A stretch of 64,000 nucleotides of DNA from NCBI GenBank assembly GCA_046306055.1, contig JBKDXR010000058.1:110792-174791 (forward strand), in the 5' to 3' direction. Source of the stretch: Flavobacteriales bacterium (GTDB lineage Bacteria; Bacteroidota; Bacteroidia; Flavobacteriales_F; PHOS-HE28). The notes beneath the pieces are model-generated. The model searched no databases, was not told the origin of the DNA, and worked only from the letters and a program-made list of their open reading frames with translations. The position numbers were made by a program, and so were the translations under genes. The stretch's first letter is position 1, and every line of letters begins with the position of its first letter. This document shows positions 10,801-20,868 of the stretch, in pieces.

Positions 10801-11907
10801 TCAGCCGATCGCCTCGTTCAGGTCGGGGAGGCCCACCCTTCGCAGCAAGCTGAAGTGCGATCGAAGCGCACCCCAGAGCGTGGGATTCACTTGGTAGCGT
10901 AGTCCGAACTCCTGCGCCGTGCGTTGCACAATGGGGGAAAGAGCAGGGTAGTGCACATGCGCCACGCGTGGGAACAGGTGGTGTTCGATCTGGTAGTTCA
11001 GGCCACCCACGTACCAGCTCAATAGACGGTTGCGTGGACTGAAGTTCATGGTCGTTTCCAATTGGTGGATGGCCCAGTCGTTGGCAATAACTCCCTCCGC
11101 ATTGGGCAATGGATGGGCTGTGCCTTCCACCGAATGGGCCAGTTGGAAGACGAGCGTGAGGATCAGGCCGGCCACGAAATGCATCACCAGGAATCCCGTG
11201 AGCACCTGCCACCAGGGAAGTCCCACAGCCATCGGAGCCCCCAGCACCACGGCGAAATAGACCACCTTCAACGCAATGATGCGCAACAGCGCCATGTTCC
11301 GTTGGGCGCGGGTCCCGGTGTTCACACCATTGCGTGTGAACTGGGCGAACTGCACGAAGTCCTTGGCCAGCACCCAATAAAGCGTGAGCAGACCGTAGAA
11401 CAGCGTGGCATAAAGACCTTGGTACCGATGGTACCATTTCCGTTCCGTATGGGGCGAGAACTTCAGTACGAGCCGGTCCTGGATGTCCTCATCCACGTGG
11501 GTGATGTTCGTGTACGTATGGTGCAGGATGTTGTGCTGCAATTTCCAATTGTGCGCGCTGCCCCCGCAAAGGTTCAACGTGTGTCCGATCCAGTAATTCA
11601 CACGGTCGCTGGCCGAAAAAGCGCCGTGGTTGGCGTCGTGCATCACGCTCATCCCGATACCCGCAAGGCCCAACCCCATGATCACCCACAACAGGAGCGC
11701 CCATTGGTAGGCCGGCGCAAGCGCAACAATGACCACGAAGGGAACAAGGTAGGTGGCCAGCATCACAACGGCTTTCACCACCAGGGCTGTATTGGCGTGC
11801 CTGTCCATCCCGTGCTCTTTGAAGTAGGCTTCCACCCTGGTCTTCAAAGTGGGGTAGAACTGGCTGCGTTCGTTGGGAACGAACTTGACGTGAGGGCGTG
11901 TGCTCAT
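10801..11907 (-). CDS. Membrane fatty-acid (acyl-lipid/acyl-CoA) desaturase
   Basis: Three histidine boxes (HDANH, HNILHH, HQIEHHLFP) and four TM segments. Confidence 0.85.
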   Translation of the reverse strand: MSTRPHVKFVPNERSQFYPTLKTRVEAYFKEHGMDRHANTALVVKAVVMLATYLVPFVVIVALAPAYQWALLLWVIMGLGLAGIGMSVMHDANHGAFSASDRVNYWIGHTLNLCGGSAHNWKLQHNILHHTYTNITHVDEDIQDRLVLKFSPHTERKWYHRYQGLYATLFYGLLTLYWVLAKDFVQFAQFTRNGVNTGTRAQRNMALLRIIALKVVYFAVVLGAPMAVGLPWWQVLTGFLVMHFVAGLILTLVFQLAHSVEGTAHPLPNAEGVIANDWAIHQLETTMNFSPRNRLLSWYVGGLNYQIEHHLFPRVAHVHYPALSPIVQRTAQEFGLRYQVNPTLWGALRSHFSLLRRVGLPDLNEAIG

Positions 11908-12067
11908 GCTGGGCGTTTGCTAGCCCCGATGGTGGTCTGGGAATGGAACGGGAACGGATGTTCCCCACCTACGGTCTGGAGGATCTGCAGGTACGAGTCT
12001 AAATCGTGATCGTCCACTGCGGCGGTACAAAGGTAGGCCATGCGTTAAGCAAGGTCCGAAGGGCGAA

Positions 12068-12886
12068 CTATTCCTTTGCGGTTGCAAGGGAGCGCGGGGC
12101 ATCGGTCTGGAGCCTGTCCGGGCCTTTCAACAAGGCCTCACGATGGTCCCACCAGCCCTCCACTCCGAACAATGTGACCTTCAGTCCTTGGGCGTGGGCC
12201 GCTGCCACCTGTTCCGAGGTTATACGGGCATTGTCCATGGTCAATCCCGCGCAGCCAAGGGATCGTGCACGGATCATGCCTTCCGAGGCCTCGTTGGCAT
12301 AGAGGTATAGCGGGAGCGAAGGGGCCTTGCTGCGCAACATGCCGAGGAACTCATCGATCTGGCATTCCACAATAAGCCGTCCGTACAGGTCGGGATGTTC
12401 ATGGAGGGCCTTCAGGGCACTGCTGAAATGGTCGAGATAGGTCATCCAATCCCCTTCGGCGAAGAGCTTGATATCCAGGGTGAGGTCCGCAGCGGGGAAC
12501 GATGCAGCAAGGGCTGGTAACAAACTGTCCAGCCGGGCGATCGGATAGGCACGTTCGCCCTCGGCCGTATTGGGGCACCGACGCAGTTCCTCCCAGCGTT
12601 TGGCGTTCACTTTGCCTTCACAGGGCGTCAGATCGTTCAATTGGGCCGGGTGATAGGCCACCAACACATCATCGGCGGTCATTTGTACATCGAGCTCCAC
12701 GCCATCGATCCCCAATGCAAGCCCGGCCTCCAAGGCCTCCCGGGTGTTCATGGGGTGCTCGCCTTCCGGACCCGATCCGCCGTGTCCAATGATCTGCACG
12801 GAACCGGCCTCGGGTAGTGAACATCCGGACAGGCCCAGTGCCAAGGTGAGCAGGAAGGAGGGCAGCGTTGAACGGAGGGCGCGCAT
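12068..12886 (-). CDS. Glycerophosphodiester phosphodiesterase family lipoprotein
   Basis: Lipobox LALGLSGCS; GDPD motifs IIGHGGSG...EHPMNTREA...ELDVQMTADDVLVAYHP. Confidence 0.75.
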   Translation of the reverse strand: MRALRSTLPSFLLTLALGLSGCSLPEAGSVQIIGHGGSGPEGEHPMNTREALEAGLALGIDGVELDVQMTADDVLVAYHPAQLNDLTPCEGKVNAKRWEELRRCPNTAEGERAYPIARLDSLLPALAASFPAADLTLDIKLFAEGDWMTYLDHFSSALKALHEHPDLYGRLIVECQIDEFLGMLRSKAPSLPLYLYANEASEGMIRARSLGCAGLTMDNARITSEQVAAAHAQGLKVTLFGVEGWWDHREALLKGPDRLQTDAPRSLATAKE

Positions 12887-12929
12887 GGCGGTGCGGCCAC
12901 AGAGATACGCAACCCCGGTCATCCGCGCA

Positions 12930-13583
12930 TCAGCGTTCCACCACGGTGGTCAGCAGCGGGCAATCATAGAGTGCACCGGGCGATATCATGAGCTCATCCA
13001 GGGGTGGGGTACTTCCATACCGAGCACGCATCAACTCCTGCACGGGCGGTGAGCCCAGGTCGTGCTCGCGCATGGGGCGGGGCGCACAAAGCTCAATGCC
13101 CGGGCCTTCCTTGTACATCTTCCAGACCAGTTCAGAGCAGTAGATGCGCTCATCGCTCCAGTTGAACTGCAGGTCGTAGGGAAGGCCTTTGAAGCGAGCG
13201 CCGGCGGTCCTGAGCTGGGCAAGCTCTTCCTTGGTCAATGTGCGGTCCTTGGTCCCCCAGCGTTTGGCGGTCCAATGGTGGTCGGTGCCTCGTTCGATCC
13301 ACTCCTTAAGTGGCTCATATTGCACAGGTCCCACGGCCTCGTATACCATCCAGTGGCCGTTCAGTTTAAAAAGGACCCCCACATGGGTCCAAGGGGAACC
13401 GGTTGCCAGCCGAACCGCACGCCCTTGTTCACCGCCGGTCTGCTGGAAGAGGATGTCCCCTTCGCGAAGCAGGTCCGTATAGGAGGTGGGACCGGTTGCC
13501 GCCCAGGGTGTTTCGCTTTGCAACCCCAGTAGCACCGATGCCGTGATCAGTGCACCGGCCAGCAGAAAGGTCCTTGATCGCAT
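12930..13583 (-). CDS. YiiX/DUF830-like permuted papain-fold (NlpC/P60 superfamily) protein, secreted
   Basis: Signal peptide. GDILFQQT...SPWTHVGV...IYCSELVWKMY arrangement typical of the permuted-papain YiiX family. Confidence 0.55.
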   Translation of the reverse strand: MRSRTFLLAGALITASVLLGLQSETPWAATGPTSYTDLLREGDILFQQTGGEQGRAVRLATGSPWTHVGVLFKLNGHWMVYEAVGPVQYEPLKEWIERGTDHHWTAKRWGTKDRTLTKEELAQLRTAGARFKGLPYDLQFNWSDERIYCSELVWKMYKEGPGIELCAPRPMREHDLGSPPVQELMRARYGSTPPLDELMISPGALYDCPLLTTVVER

Positions 13584-13623
13584 GTTCGGTCAACGCGATT
13601 GTTCAGGCTTCGCGTATGTCCTG

Positions 13624-15375
13624 TTAATGCGTGAAGGCCATTTCGTAACGTGTGGAGTTGCCGCGGTCGTCGGTCACCTCCAGCACGAAGGTGCGCTTCC
13701 CTGTTCCCTTGCTGTGCTTGTCGAAGGTGTGGGTGAGGGTCTTGTTCTTGGGTTCGTATTCCAGCAGGATCCACTTTCCATCCAAGTTGCCGCGCCAGCT
13801 GGCCACGCCCGAAAGGCCATCAGAGACCTTGATGGTGAAACTGTTACGCCCTTTCATGTCGGCGCGGAGGTCCACATTGGTGATCACCGGTGCCACGGTA
13901 TCCAGCATCAGCGTGTAGGCCCCGAAAGCGCGTATGTTGGCCGTTACCGCACCATCGCCCACCGTACCGCCCACCGCGCTCACCTTGCCGCCGTCATCCA
14001 GGCGAACGATAAGGGCCTTGTTGCGCTTTTCGACGGGCAGATCGGGCAGTTCGATCCGGAGTGAACTGTTGCTGTGGATCGGCGTGAGCGGGTCGTGCAA
14101 TTGGTGCAGCGGTACGATCGCTTTGGCCGGTGCAGGCTTTCGCGCATAGCGCACATAGGTGTCGTCGTACAACGCGTTGGGCGGTAGCGTTAGTCGCACA
14201 CCCTCCTCCTTAAGCACGTTCTCGGTATCGTATCGAAAGAGACTGCCTTCCAACGGCTTAATGGGCCAAATACGAGCCTCTTCCAAGGTGGCGCCACGCA
14301 GGTTGAACTTAAGTTCGGAACGGTTGCCGTTCGCATCGGTGGCCAACAGCCTGATACGGTGGTCGCGGCCGGGCGCCAACGCAATGCGGCCCTGCACCGG
14401 TTCCTTGCCATAGATGCGGAGCTTGTTGTTCGGCTGCTTGTAGCACCGGTGGTATTCCAGTTTCTGCCCCTTGTACACCTCGTAGTCCATGTGGGCGTTG
14501 CAGTACCGGTTCACATCGAAGTCCACATGGTCCAGCAAGGTGCTGAACGCCAGTATACTATCCACGTACAGCTCGATCTTCCGCACGCCGAACTTGGCCC
14601 CGCTGTTGTCGTACCGGTCGATCACGTGGAGCGAGACCCCGACCGTACCATAGGCCGTGGGTACCAGGCCGGGTTTCAGCGCATACTTGCCAGCACCGCC
14701 CTGGGTGGCGTAGCCTTTGGCGTTGGCCGGGTAGGGCGCCACCAACGAACTGTCCGTGAGCGGATGCAGCCGAACCCCGATCATTTCCGGTGGCGTTTGG
14801 TCCGGTATGTCATAGCCAAGGGCCTCGGGGTCAACGGCATGCTGGTCGCCCGGACGCCTCAGTTCAAAGTGCAGGTGAGGCCCTCCGCTACCACCGGTGT
14901 TCCCGCTCAATCCGATCACTTCCCCCTGTTTCACAGGTAGTTCGCCCTTCGCCGGGTAGATGTCGATACTGAAATCCTTGCGTTCGTACTGGGCGTTCAG
15001 GCAGGCCTCTGCCACAGGGCCTTTCAATTGCTGCAGGTGCCCATAAACCGAGGTATGGCCATCGGTATGTTCTATGTAGACCGCCTTTCCATAGCCCCAC
15101 GGACTGATCTTTATCCGGGATACCCACCCATCGGCCACCGCCTTTACCGGGATCCCTTCGCGCCCCTCGGTCCGGATGTCCAGACCGGAATGAAAGTGGT
15201 CGGTACGGGGCTCCATGAAGTTGCCCGAGAGCTGCATGGGGATGTCCATCGGAGCGATGTACTTGCGTGTCCCGGATGGCGTTTGCGCATTAACATCGAC
15301 TCCAATTAAAACACTGAATAACAGCAGTATGATATTATTTACTGAAAGTAGATCCGAGGTATTTCTCAGGTGCAT
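13624..15375 (-). CDS. M23 family metallopeptidase (large, secreted)
   Basis: 583 aa. Signal peptide; M23 motifs HSGLDIRT...GWGYGKAVYIEHTDGHTSVYGHL...GNTGGSGGPHLHFE. Confidence 0.85.
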   Translation of the reverse strand: MHLRNTSDLLSVNNIILLLFSVLIGVDVNAQTPSGTRKYIAPMDIPMQLSGNFMEPRTDHFHSGLDIRTEGREGIPVKAVADGWVSRIKISPWGYGKAVYIEHTDGHTSVYGHLQQLKGPVAEACLNAQYERKDFSIDIYPAKGELPVKQGEVIGLSGNTGGSGGPHLHFELRRPGDQHAVDPEALGYDIPDQTPPEMIGVRLHPLTDSSLVAPYPANAKGYATQGGAGKYALKPGLVPTAYGTVGVSLHVIDRYDNSGAKFGVRKIELYVDSILAFSTLLDHVDFDVNRYCNAHMDYEVYKGQKLEYHRCYKQPNNKLRIYGKEPVQGRIALAPGRDHRIRLLATDANGNRSELKFNLRGATLEEARIWPIKPLEGSLFRYDTENVLKEEGVRLTLPPNALYDDTYVRYARKPAPAKAIVPLHQLHDPLTPIHSNSSLRIELPDLPVEKRNKALIVRLDDGGKVSAVGGTVGDGAVTANIRAFGAYTLMLDTVAPVITNVDLRADMKGRNSFTIKVSDGLSGVASWRGNLDGKWILLEYEPKNKTLTHTFDKHSKGTGKRTFVLEVTDDRGNSTRYEMAFTH

Positions 15376-15545
15376 GTGAGCGTGGTTCCGGAGGGCAGTG
15401 CAAGCTATTGCGGCATACGGGCCGGGTTTCCCCGGTGCCTTGTAAAGCCATCAACACCTTGGGGTTCAAACAAAAGCCGTGCAGGAGCAGGGTGCCCGGT
15501 TATCTTTGGACCCGGACCATTGAACGCCATTCTGTTCAGTTCCCC

Positions 15546-15845
15546 ATGCATATCCTCACGGAACGTCTCATTGCCATGCAGCAGAAGGTCGCCCTCTTGG
15601 TGGGCGAACACAAGGCACTGCATGTGCGTGCTAACGAACTGGAGGTGGAGGCCCACGAGCATCGCCGTACGGTGGAGGTGTTGAAGGCCCGCGTGACGGA
15701 ACTGGAACGGGAGAACGGGGTCCTCCGGAAGGCACGGTCCGTCGAAAGCGGGCCGGGCACCACGGGAACGAAGGAACGCATCGATGAACTGGTCCATGAG
15801 ATCGACCGCTGCCTCGCTTTACTGACGCCAGAGGCTGCACGATAG
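15546..15845 (+). CDS. Coiled-coil cell-division protein (ZapB-like)
   Basis: 100 aa, all coiled-coil (LHVRANELEVEAHEHRRTVEVLKARVTELERENGVLRKAR), immediately upstream of zapA and rny. The start is chosen at the first Met that gives a compact protein. Confidence 0.5.
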   Translation: MHILTERLIAMQQKVALLVGEHKALHVRANELEVEAHEHRRTVEVLKARVTELERENGVLRKARSVESGPGTTGTKERIDELVHEIDRCLALLTPEAAR

Positions 15846-15851
15846 AACGCC

Positions 15852-16133
15852 ATGGAAGAACGATCGATACGCATAGAACTGGCCGGCCGCGCCTACCCGC
15901 TGACGATACAAGCAGTTGAGGAGGAGCACCTACACCGCGCCGTGGACGAGATCAACGAGAGCATCGCCCGCTTGAAGGCCCAGTATCCACTGACCGACAA
16001 GCAGGACCTGTTGGCCATGGCCTCCCTGGAAGTGACCGTGCGCGCATTGAACAGCGCCGCGCCCCAGCACAAGGCCAACGCCGAAGCGGCACTGACCGCC
16101 ATGGAACGGATGCTCGCCGAGGTCTTGCCCTAG
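15852..16133 (+). CDS. zapA: Cell division protein ZapA
   Basis: 93 aa. [33 protein letters not shown]...ALNSA matches the ZapA fold. Conserved position upstream of rny. Confidence 0.7.
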   Translation: MEERSIRIELAGRAYPLTIQAVEEEHLHRAVDEINESIARLKAQYPLTDKQDLLAMASLEVTVRALNSAAPQHKANAEAALTAMERMLAEVLP

Positions 16134-16201
16134 AGTTCCTTCGTACACCCAGGTGCCGGCCCCAAGGGGGAACATGGTCCGCTAAAAACACAGCGAGACC
16201 C

Positions 16202-17743
16202 ATGGATATGATCAGCATTTTGGTGGGACTGCTCGGCGGCCTTGTCGTCGGCGGTGCCATCGTGTTCGTTACGCTGAACAGCGTGATGAAGAAACGTGCC
16301 TCCGGCATCCTCAAGGAGGCCGAAGCAGAGGCCGAAGCCCTCAAGAAGGAGAAGATCCTTCAGGCCAAGGAGCGCTTCCTGCAGATGAAGGAGGAGCATG
16401 AGAAGGAGGTGCGCGAGAAGGACCGCGCCTTGCAACAGGCCCAGGAGAAGGCGAAGCAACGCGAACAGCAGCTCAGCCGCCAGCAGCAGGACCAGGCCAA
16501 CAAGGAGAAGAACGTGGACCGCCTGAAGGGTGAGCTCGAGCAGAAGTTGGAGGGCCTGGAGCGCCGCCGCGAGGAGACCGAAAAGATGCACGCCAAGCAG
16601 GTGAACCTGTTGGAGAACATCAGCGGTCTGAATGCCGAGGAGGCCCGCAAGCAACTGATGGAGAGCCTGAAGGATGAGGCCCGTACCGCTGCCATGGCCC
16701 ACATCAAGGACGCCCAGGAGGAGGCCAAGCTCACCGCCAACAAGGAGGCCAAGCGCATCGTCATCCAGACCATCCAGCGGGTGGCCACCGAGCACGCCAT
16801 CGAGAACTCGGTGAGCGTGTTCCACATCGAGAATGACGACGTTAAAGGCCGTATCATCGGTCGCGAAGGGCGGAATATCCGCACGCTCGAGGAAATGACC
16901 GGGGTGGAGATCATCGTGGATGATACCCCGGGTGCCATCATCCTCAGCTGCTTTGATGCCGTGCGCCGCGAAGTGGCACGGCTCTCCCTCCACCAGCTGG
17001 TGAAGGACGGACGCATCCACCCGGCACGCATCGAGGAGATCGTGGCGAAGACCCGCAAACACCTCGAAGAGGAGATCATGGAGGTGGGCAAGCGCACCTG
17101 CATCGATCTGGGCATCCACGGTCTGCACAACGAGCTCATCCGCATGGTGGGCCGCATGAAGTACCGCAGTTCCTACGGGCAGAACCTGCTGCAGCACAGC
17201 CGCGAGGTGGCCAACCTCAGCGCCATCATGGCCGCCGAACTGGGCCTGAACCCCAAGGTCGCCAAGCGTGCCGGCCTGCTGCACGACATTGGCAAAGTGC
17301 CCGATGAGGATCCCGAGCTGCCGCACGCCATCCTGGGCATGAAGCTGGCCGAGAAGTATGGCGAGAAGCCCGATGTGTGCAACGCCATCGGTGCCCACCA
17401 CGACGAGATCGAGATGACCACCCTGCTCTCGCCGATCGTGCAGGCCTGCGATGCCATCAGCGGTGCCCGCCCGGGTGCCCGTCGCGAGGCCACCGAGGCC
17501 TACATACAGCGTCTGAAGGACCTCGAGAGCCTGGCCATGAGCTACGGTGGGGTCACCAAGGCTTTTGCCATCCAGGCCGGTCGCGAACTGCGCGTGATGG
17601 TGGAAAGCGAGAAGATCACCGATGCACAGAGCGACGAGCTGAGCATGCAGATCGCCGATCGCATCATGAACGAAATGACCTATCCCGGACAGGTGAAGAT
17701 CACCGTGATCCGCGAGAAACGGTCCGTGGCCGTGGCGAAATAA
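16202..17743 (+). CDS. rny: Ribonuclease Y
   Basis: N-terminal TM helix, long coiled-coil, a KH domain ([24 protein letters not shown]) and an HD domain ([17 protein letters not shown]...HDIGK...AHHDE). Confidence 0.95.
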   Translation: MDMISILVGLLGGLVVGGAIVFVTLNSVMKKRASGILKEAEAEAEALKKEKILQAKERFLQMKEEHEKEVREKDRALQQAQEKAKQREQQLSRQQQDQANKEKNVDRLKGELEQKLEGLERRREETEKMHAKQVNLLENISGLNAEEARKQLMESLKDEARTAAMAHIKDAQEEAKLTANKEAKRIVIQTIQRVATEHAIENSVSVFHIENDDVKGRIIGREGRNIRTLEEMTGVEIIVDDTPGAIILSCFDAVRREVARLSLHQLVKDGRIHPARIEEIVAKTRKHLEEEIMEVGKRTCIDLGIHGLHNELIRMVGRMKYRSSYGQNLLQHSREVANLSAIMAAELGLNPKVAKRAGLLHDIGKVPDEDPELPHAILGMKLAEKYGEKPDVCNAIGAHHDEIEMTTLLSPIVQACDAISGARPGARREATEAYIQRLKDLESLAMSYGGVTKAFAIQAGRELRVMVESEKITDAQSDELSMQIADRIMNEMTYPGQVKITVIREKRSVAVAK

Positions 17744-17801
17744 GGCCATTGAACAAGGGTGAAAGTGGGGGCGGCAGCGATGTCGCCCCTTTCTTTGTCG
17801 C

Positions 17802-18491
17802 ATGTCCGCTCCGAACGACCACCTTGATCTGTACTTCCAATGGGAGGTACGCTCCTGGTCGCGGGCCTTTCCGCTCTGGCACCGCACCTTGGCGGCTATT
17901 CCCAAGGAACGATGCTGGGCGCTCGCCTTGGGTGAACGGGATGGAGGACTGAGCTTGATGCTCGCCGATCACGGATTCACTACGGTCTGTAGCGATCTGC
18001 ACGGACCCACGGACCGGGCCAAAGCGCTTCACCGGACCTTCGGCTGGGACGAAGCCATTACCTACGAAGCCATCGACGCCACAGCGATACCCAAGCCGGA
18101 CGCGAGCTTCGATGTGGTGGTCTTCAAGAGCATGATCGGGGCGCTGGGAAGCAAGGAGAAGCAGGCACTGGCCATCCGCGAAATGCACCGTGTCCTAAGA
18201 CCGGGAGGTGTGTTGCTCTTCGCGGAGAACCTTCATGGCAGTCCGTTGCACATTTGGCTGCGCAAGCGCTTCGTGGCCTGGGACCACTACTGGCGCTACC
18301 TCGATCCAGTGAAGGACCGCGACCTGTTCGCACCCTTCGCCCATTTGGAGGACCACACCACCGGCGTGGTGGCGAACCTGGGCCGTTCGGAAGGCCAACG
18401 AGACCTGTTGGCCCGGTTCGATGCGCTCATCCAACCGCTCATTCCGCCCACACAACGCACCATCTGGTATGGCGTGGCGGTGAAAGGCTGA
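17802..18491 (+). CDS. Class I SAM-dependent methyltransferase
   Basis: Motif I-like ALALGERDGGLSLMLADHGF, FDVVVF, LRPGGVLLF. Confidence 0.6.
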   Translation: MSAPNDHLDLYFQWEVRSWSRAFPLWHRTLAAIPKERCWALALGERDGGLSLMLADHGFTTVCSDLHGPTDRAKALHRTFGWDEAITYEAIDATAIPKPDASFDVVVFKSMIGALGSKEKQALAIREMHRVLRPGGVLLFAENLHGSPLHIWLRKRFVAWDHYWRYLDPVKDRDLFAPFAHLEDHTTGVVANLGRSEGQRDLLARFDALIQPLIPPTQRTIWYGVAVKG

Positions 18492-18581
18492 TCGTGGAAA
18501 AGCCCGGAACCCTGGGGCAGAAGGACTTCCCGTGCCGGTCTACCTTCGCCATCCGAGGCGCGATCCAGCGTCCATCGCCAA

Positions 18582-19565
18582 ATGTCAGACCGCGCGTCCC
18601 TTCCCGTACTGGTCACCGGTGGCTCCGGGTTCATTGGCAGCCATGTGTGCGATGCACTGTTGGAACGAGGCATGGCCGTGCGTTGCATGGACAACTTCGC
18701 GACCAGTAAGCGGAGCAACATCGCCCATCTGGAAGGTCGATCGGACTTTGTGCTCGTGGAAGGTGACATTCGCGATGCCGATGCCTGTCGCAGGGCGATG
18801 GTCGGCGTTCGGGCGGTGGTGCACTTGGCCGCATTGGGTTCCGTACCTCGGTCCATTGCCGATCCGCTCGCTTCGCATGCCACCAACCTCACCGGTTTCC
18901 TGAACGTGTTGGACGCGGCCCGGCTGGAAGGGGTGGACCGCTTCGTGTACGCATCCAGTTCCAGTGTTTACGGGAACTCCAAGGAACTGCCCAAGCGAGA
19001 ACCGAACACCGGCGATCCGCTCTCGCCCTATGCCGTTACCAAAGCGGGCAACGAGCTCTATGCGCAGTTGTACACGCGGCTGCACGGCATGAATACCATT
19101 GGGCTGCGCTTCTTCAATGTGTTCGGCGAACGGCAGGACCCCGAAGGACCTTATGCGGCTGCCATTCCGCGGTTCATCAAGGCCTTTCTAAAGCACGAGG
19201 CCCCACAAGTGCATGGCGATGGACAGCAATCGCGCGACTTCACCTACGTGGGCAATGCCGTGATGGCCGTGTTAGCGGCGTTGGACAGCACCGATCCACG
19301 AGCCGTTGGGCAGGTGTTCAATGTGGCCTATGGTGATCGCACTACGCTGTTGCAGCTGATCAACGCTCTGCGGGAGGCATTGGCCTTGACCGATGCGGCC
19401 ATTGGTAGTGTGGGCGTGCAGCATGTCGCCGAACGCCCGGGCGACATCCGCGATTCGCTCTCCGATATCAGCAAAGCGCGCGAACTGCTGGGCTATGCTC
19501 CACAGTTCGACCTGAAGGCAGGTCTTGATCGCGCGGTGCCTTGGTATGTCCGGAACTGGGGCTGA
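18582..19565 (+). CDS. NAD-dependent UDP-sugar 4-epimerase (WbpP/WbgU-like UDP-GlcNAc 4-epimerase family)
   Basis: VLVTGGSGFIGSH, VYASSSSVYGNSKELP, PLSPYAVTK (the SDR YxxxK motif). The pattern matches WbpP-type epimerases. Confidence 0.8.
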   Translation: MSDRASLPVLVTGGSGFIGSHVCDALLERGMAVRCMDNFATSKRSNIAHLEGRSDFVLVEGDIRDADACRRAMVGVRAVVHLAALGSVPRSIADPLASHATNLTGFLNVLDAARLEGVDRFVYASSSSVYGNSKELPKREPNTGDPLSPYAVTKAGNELYAQLYTRLHGMNTIGLRFFNVFGERQDPEGPYAAAIPRFIKAFLKHEAPQVHGDGQQSRDFTYVGNAVMAVLAALDSTDPRAVGQVFNVAYGDRTTLLQLINALREALALTDAAIGSVGVQHVAERPGDIRDSLSDISKARELLGYAPQFDLKAGLDRAVPWYVRNWG

Positions 19566-20868
19566 GGCTGCCCAGTTGGTCCACCCGCAGGAATACCTTC
19601 CAGTAGCGTGCCTTGTCCATGTCCTCCCAATGGATCTGGTAGTAGCGTGCCTGGTAGGTCTGTACTTGACAAAGCACGGTCAATAGCACCGCCAGCGTCA
19701 TCACCACTTTGCGCACCCTGGCGCTGGACGAGCTGAGCAACAGGCCGAACAGCAGCGCGAACAGTCCGAGGAATTCCACCAGCACCCGGCTGCCGAAGCT
19801 GCCGCCGTACCACCAGTTCCACCACGAGGAGAGCACGTACACGAGCAGGGTGAAGAACCCGGCCCAAGCCAGTGCCGCCCAGCGATGCGCCCGGTACAAG
19901 GGGACCAGTCCGAGCATGCTCAGCAACAGCAGTGGCGTGTAAACGAATGCGCCCTTCTTGTAGCTGAACAGAAAGTCGAACAGCGCCGGTGCCGTCCATT
20001 GGAATCCCTCCTCGCCGTAGGAGTACACGAGCCATTCGCCCGTGGCCCATTTGTAGTACCCCAGCTGCAAGAACGGGATGCCCAAGGCCAGTACCGCAGC
20101 AACTGAAATTGCAACGGGGTTAAGGAACAGTGAACGGAACAGCGGACCAACACGATGCCCCTGTGGCACCAATGCCGCCAAGGCCAGTACCACGATGCCG
20201 TTCACTGGACGTACGAGCACGATGAGGCCCCAAAGCGCTGCCAGCTTCCACAGGTCCCTGGTGCGCGCACCGAGCAGCACCGAACGGCCTTTCCAGAGAA
20301 AGAGGCTCATGAGCCCGAAGCTGTACGCATGGCTCATACCCGGTGCCACCACGGCGTAGTAGAAGAGGTTGGTGCCGAACGTGAACGCCAACAGAGTGAA
20401 CGCGATGTGAGGGTCGCGCACGCCGTAGCTGGCCAGCAGCTGGACCAAGGCCCAGCAACCCAGCAGCACCCACGCAACGGCCGCCAGGTTGACGGCCACC
20501 ACGTAGGGTTTGGCGTAGCCATCGTTCAAACCGCCAGTTACGGTCGTGGTCAAGTGGGCCACCAAAAAGAAGGGGGCCTGGACCACGGCGGTGCCCATGA
20601 AGTACTTCGGGATATGGCGGCCGTTATGCGCGGAGCGATAGTCGTAGAAGAGGTCGGGGTTGTAGTAGGTCTCCCGCTCGATCCGGTCGAAGAAGCCGAT
20701 ATTGGGGTCGTGGTGGATGACGATCGCCGGGAGGTAGGCATAGTATCCCTTCGCGTCGGCCTGCATCACCGTGCGCCAGTGCTCTTTGCCCCAATTGATG
20801 TTGGAACTGCTGATCAGCAGCAGCAGCCCGATGATCGCCAGGGCCAACGTGCTCCAGGGGGATCTCAT
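19468..20868 (-). CDS. Polytopic membrane protein, putative GT-C-fold glycosyl/aminosugar transferase (ArnT/PMT-like)
   Basis: About 11 predicted TM helices with an early periplasmic-loop acidic motif (ADAKGYYAY). The start at the Met whose ATG overlaps the WD40 gene stop (ATGA) indicates translational coupling. The family assignment is an inference. Confidence 0.5.
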   Translation of the reverse strand: MRSPWSTLALAIIGLLLLISSSNINWGKEHWRTVMQADAKGYYAYLPAIVIHHDPNIGFFDRIERETYYNPDLFYDYRSAHNGRHIPKYFMGTAVVQAPFFLVAHLTTTVTGGLNDGYAKPYVVAVNLAAVAWVLLGCWALVQLLASYGVRDPHIAFTLLAFTFGTNLFYYAVVAPGMSHAYSFGLMSLFLWKGRSVLLGARTRDLWKLAALWGLIVLVRPVNGIVVLALAALVPQGHRVGPLFRSLFLNPVAISVAAVLALGIPFLQLGYYKWATGEWLVYSYGEEGFQWTAPALFDFLFSYKKGAFVYTPLLLLSMLGLVPLYRAHRWAALAWAGFFTLLVYVLSSWWNWWYGGSFGSRVLVEFLGLFALLFGLLLSSSSARVRKVVMTLAVLLTVLCQVQTYQARYYQIHWEDMDKARYWKVFLRVDQLGSLSPSSGHTKAPRDQDLPSGRTVEHSPAVRALC

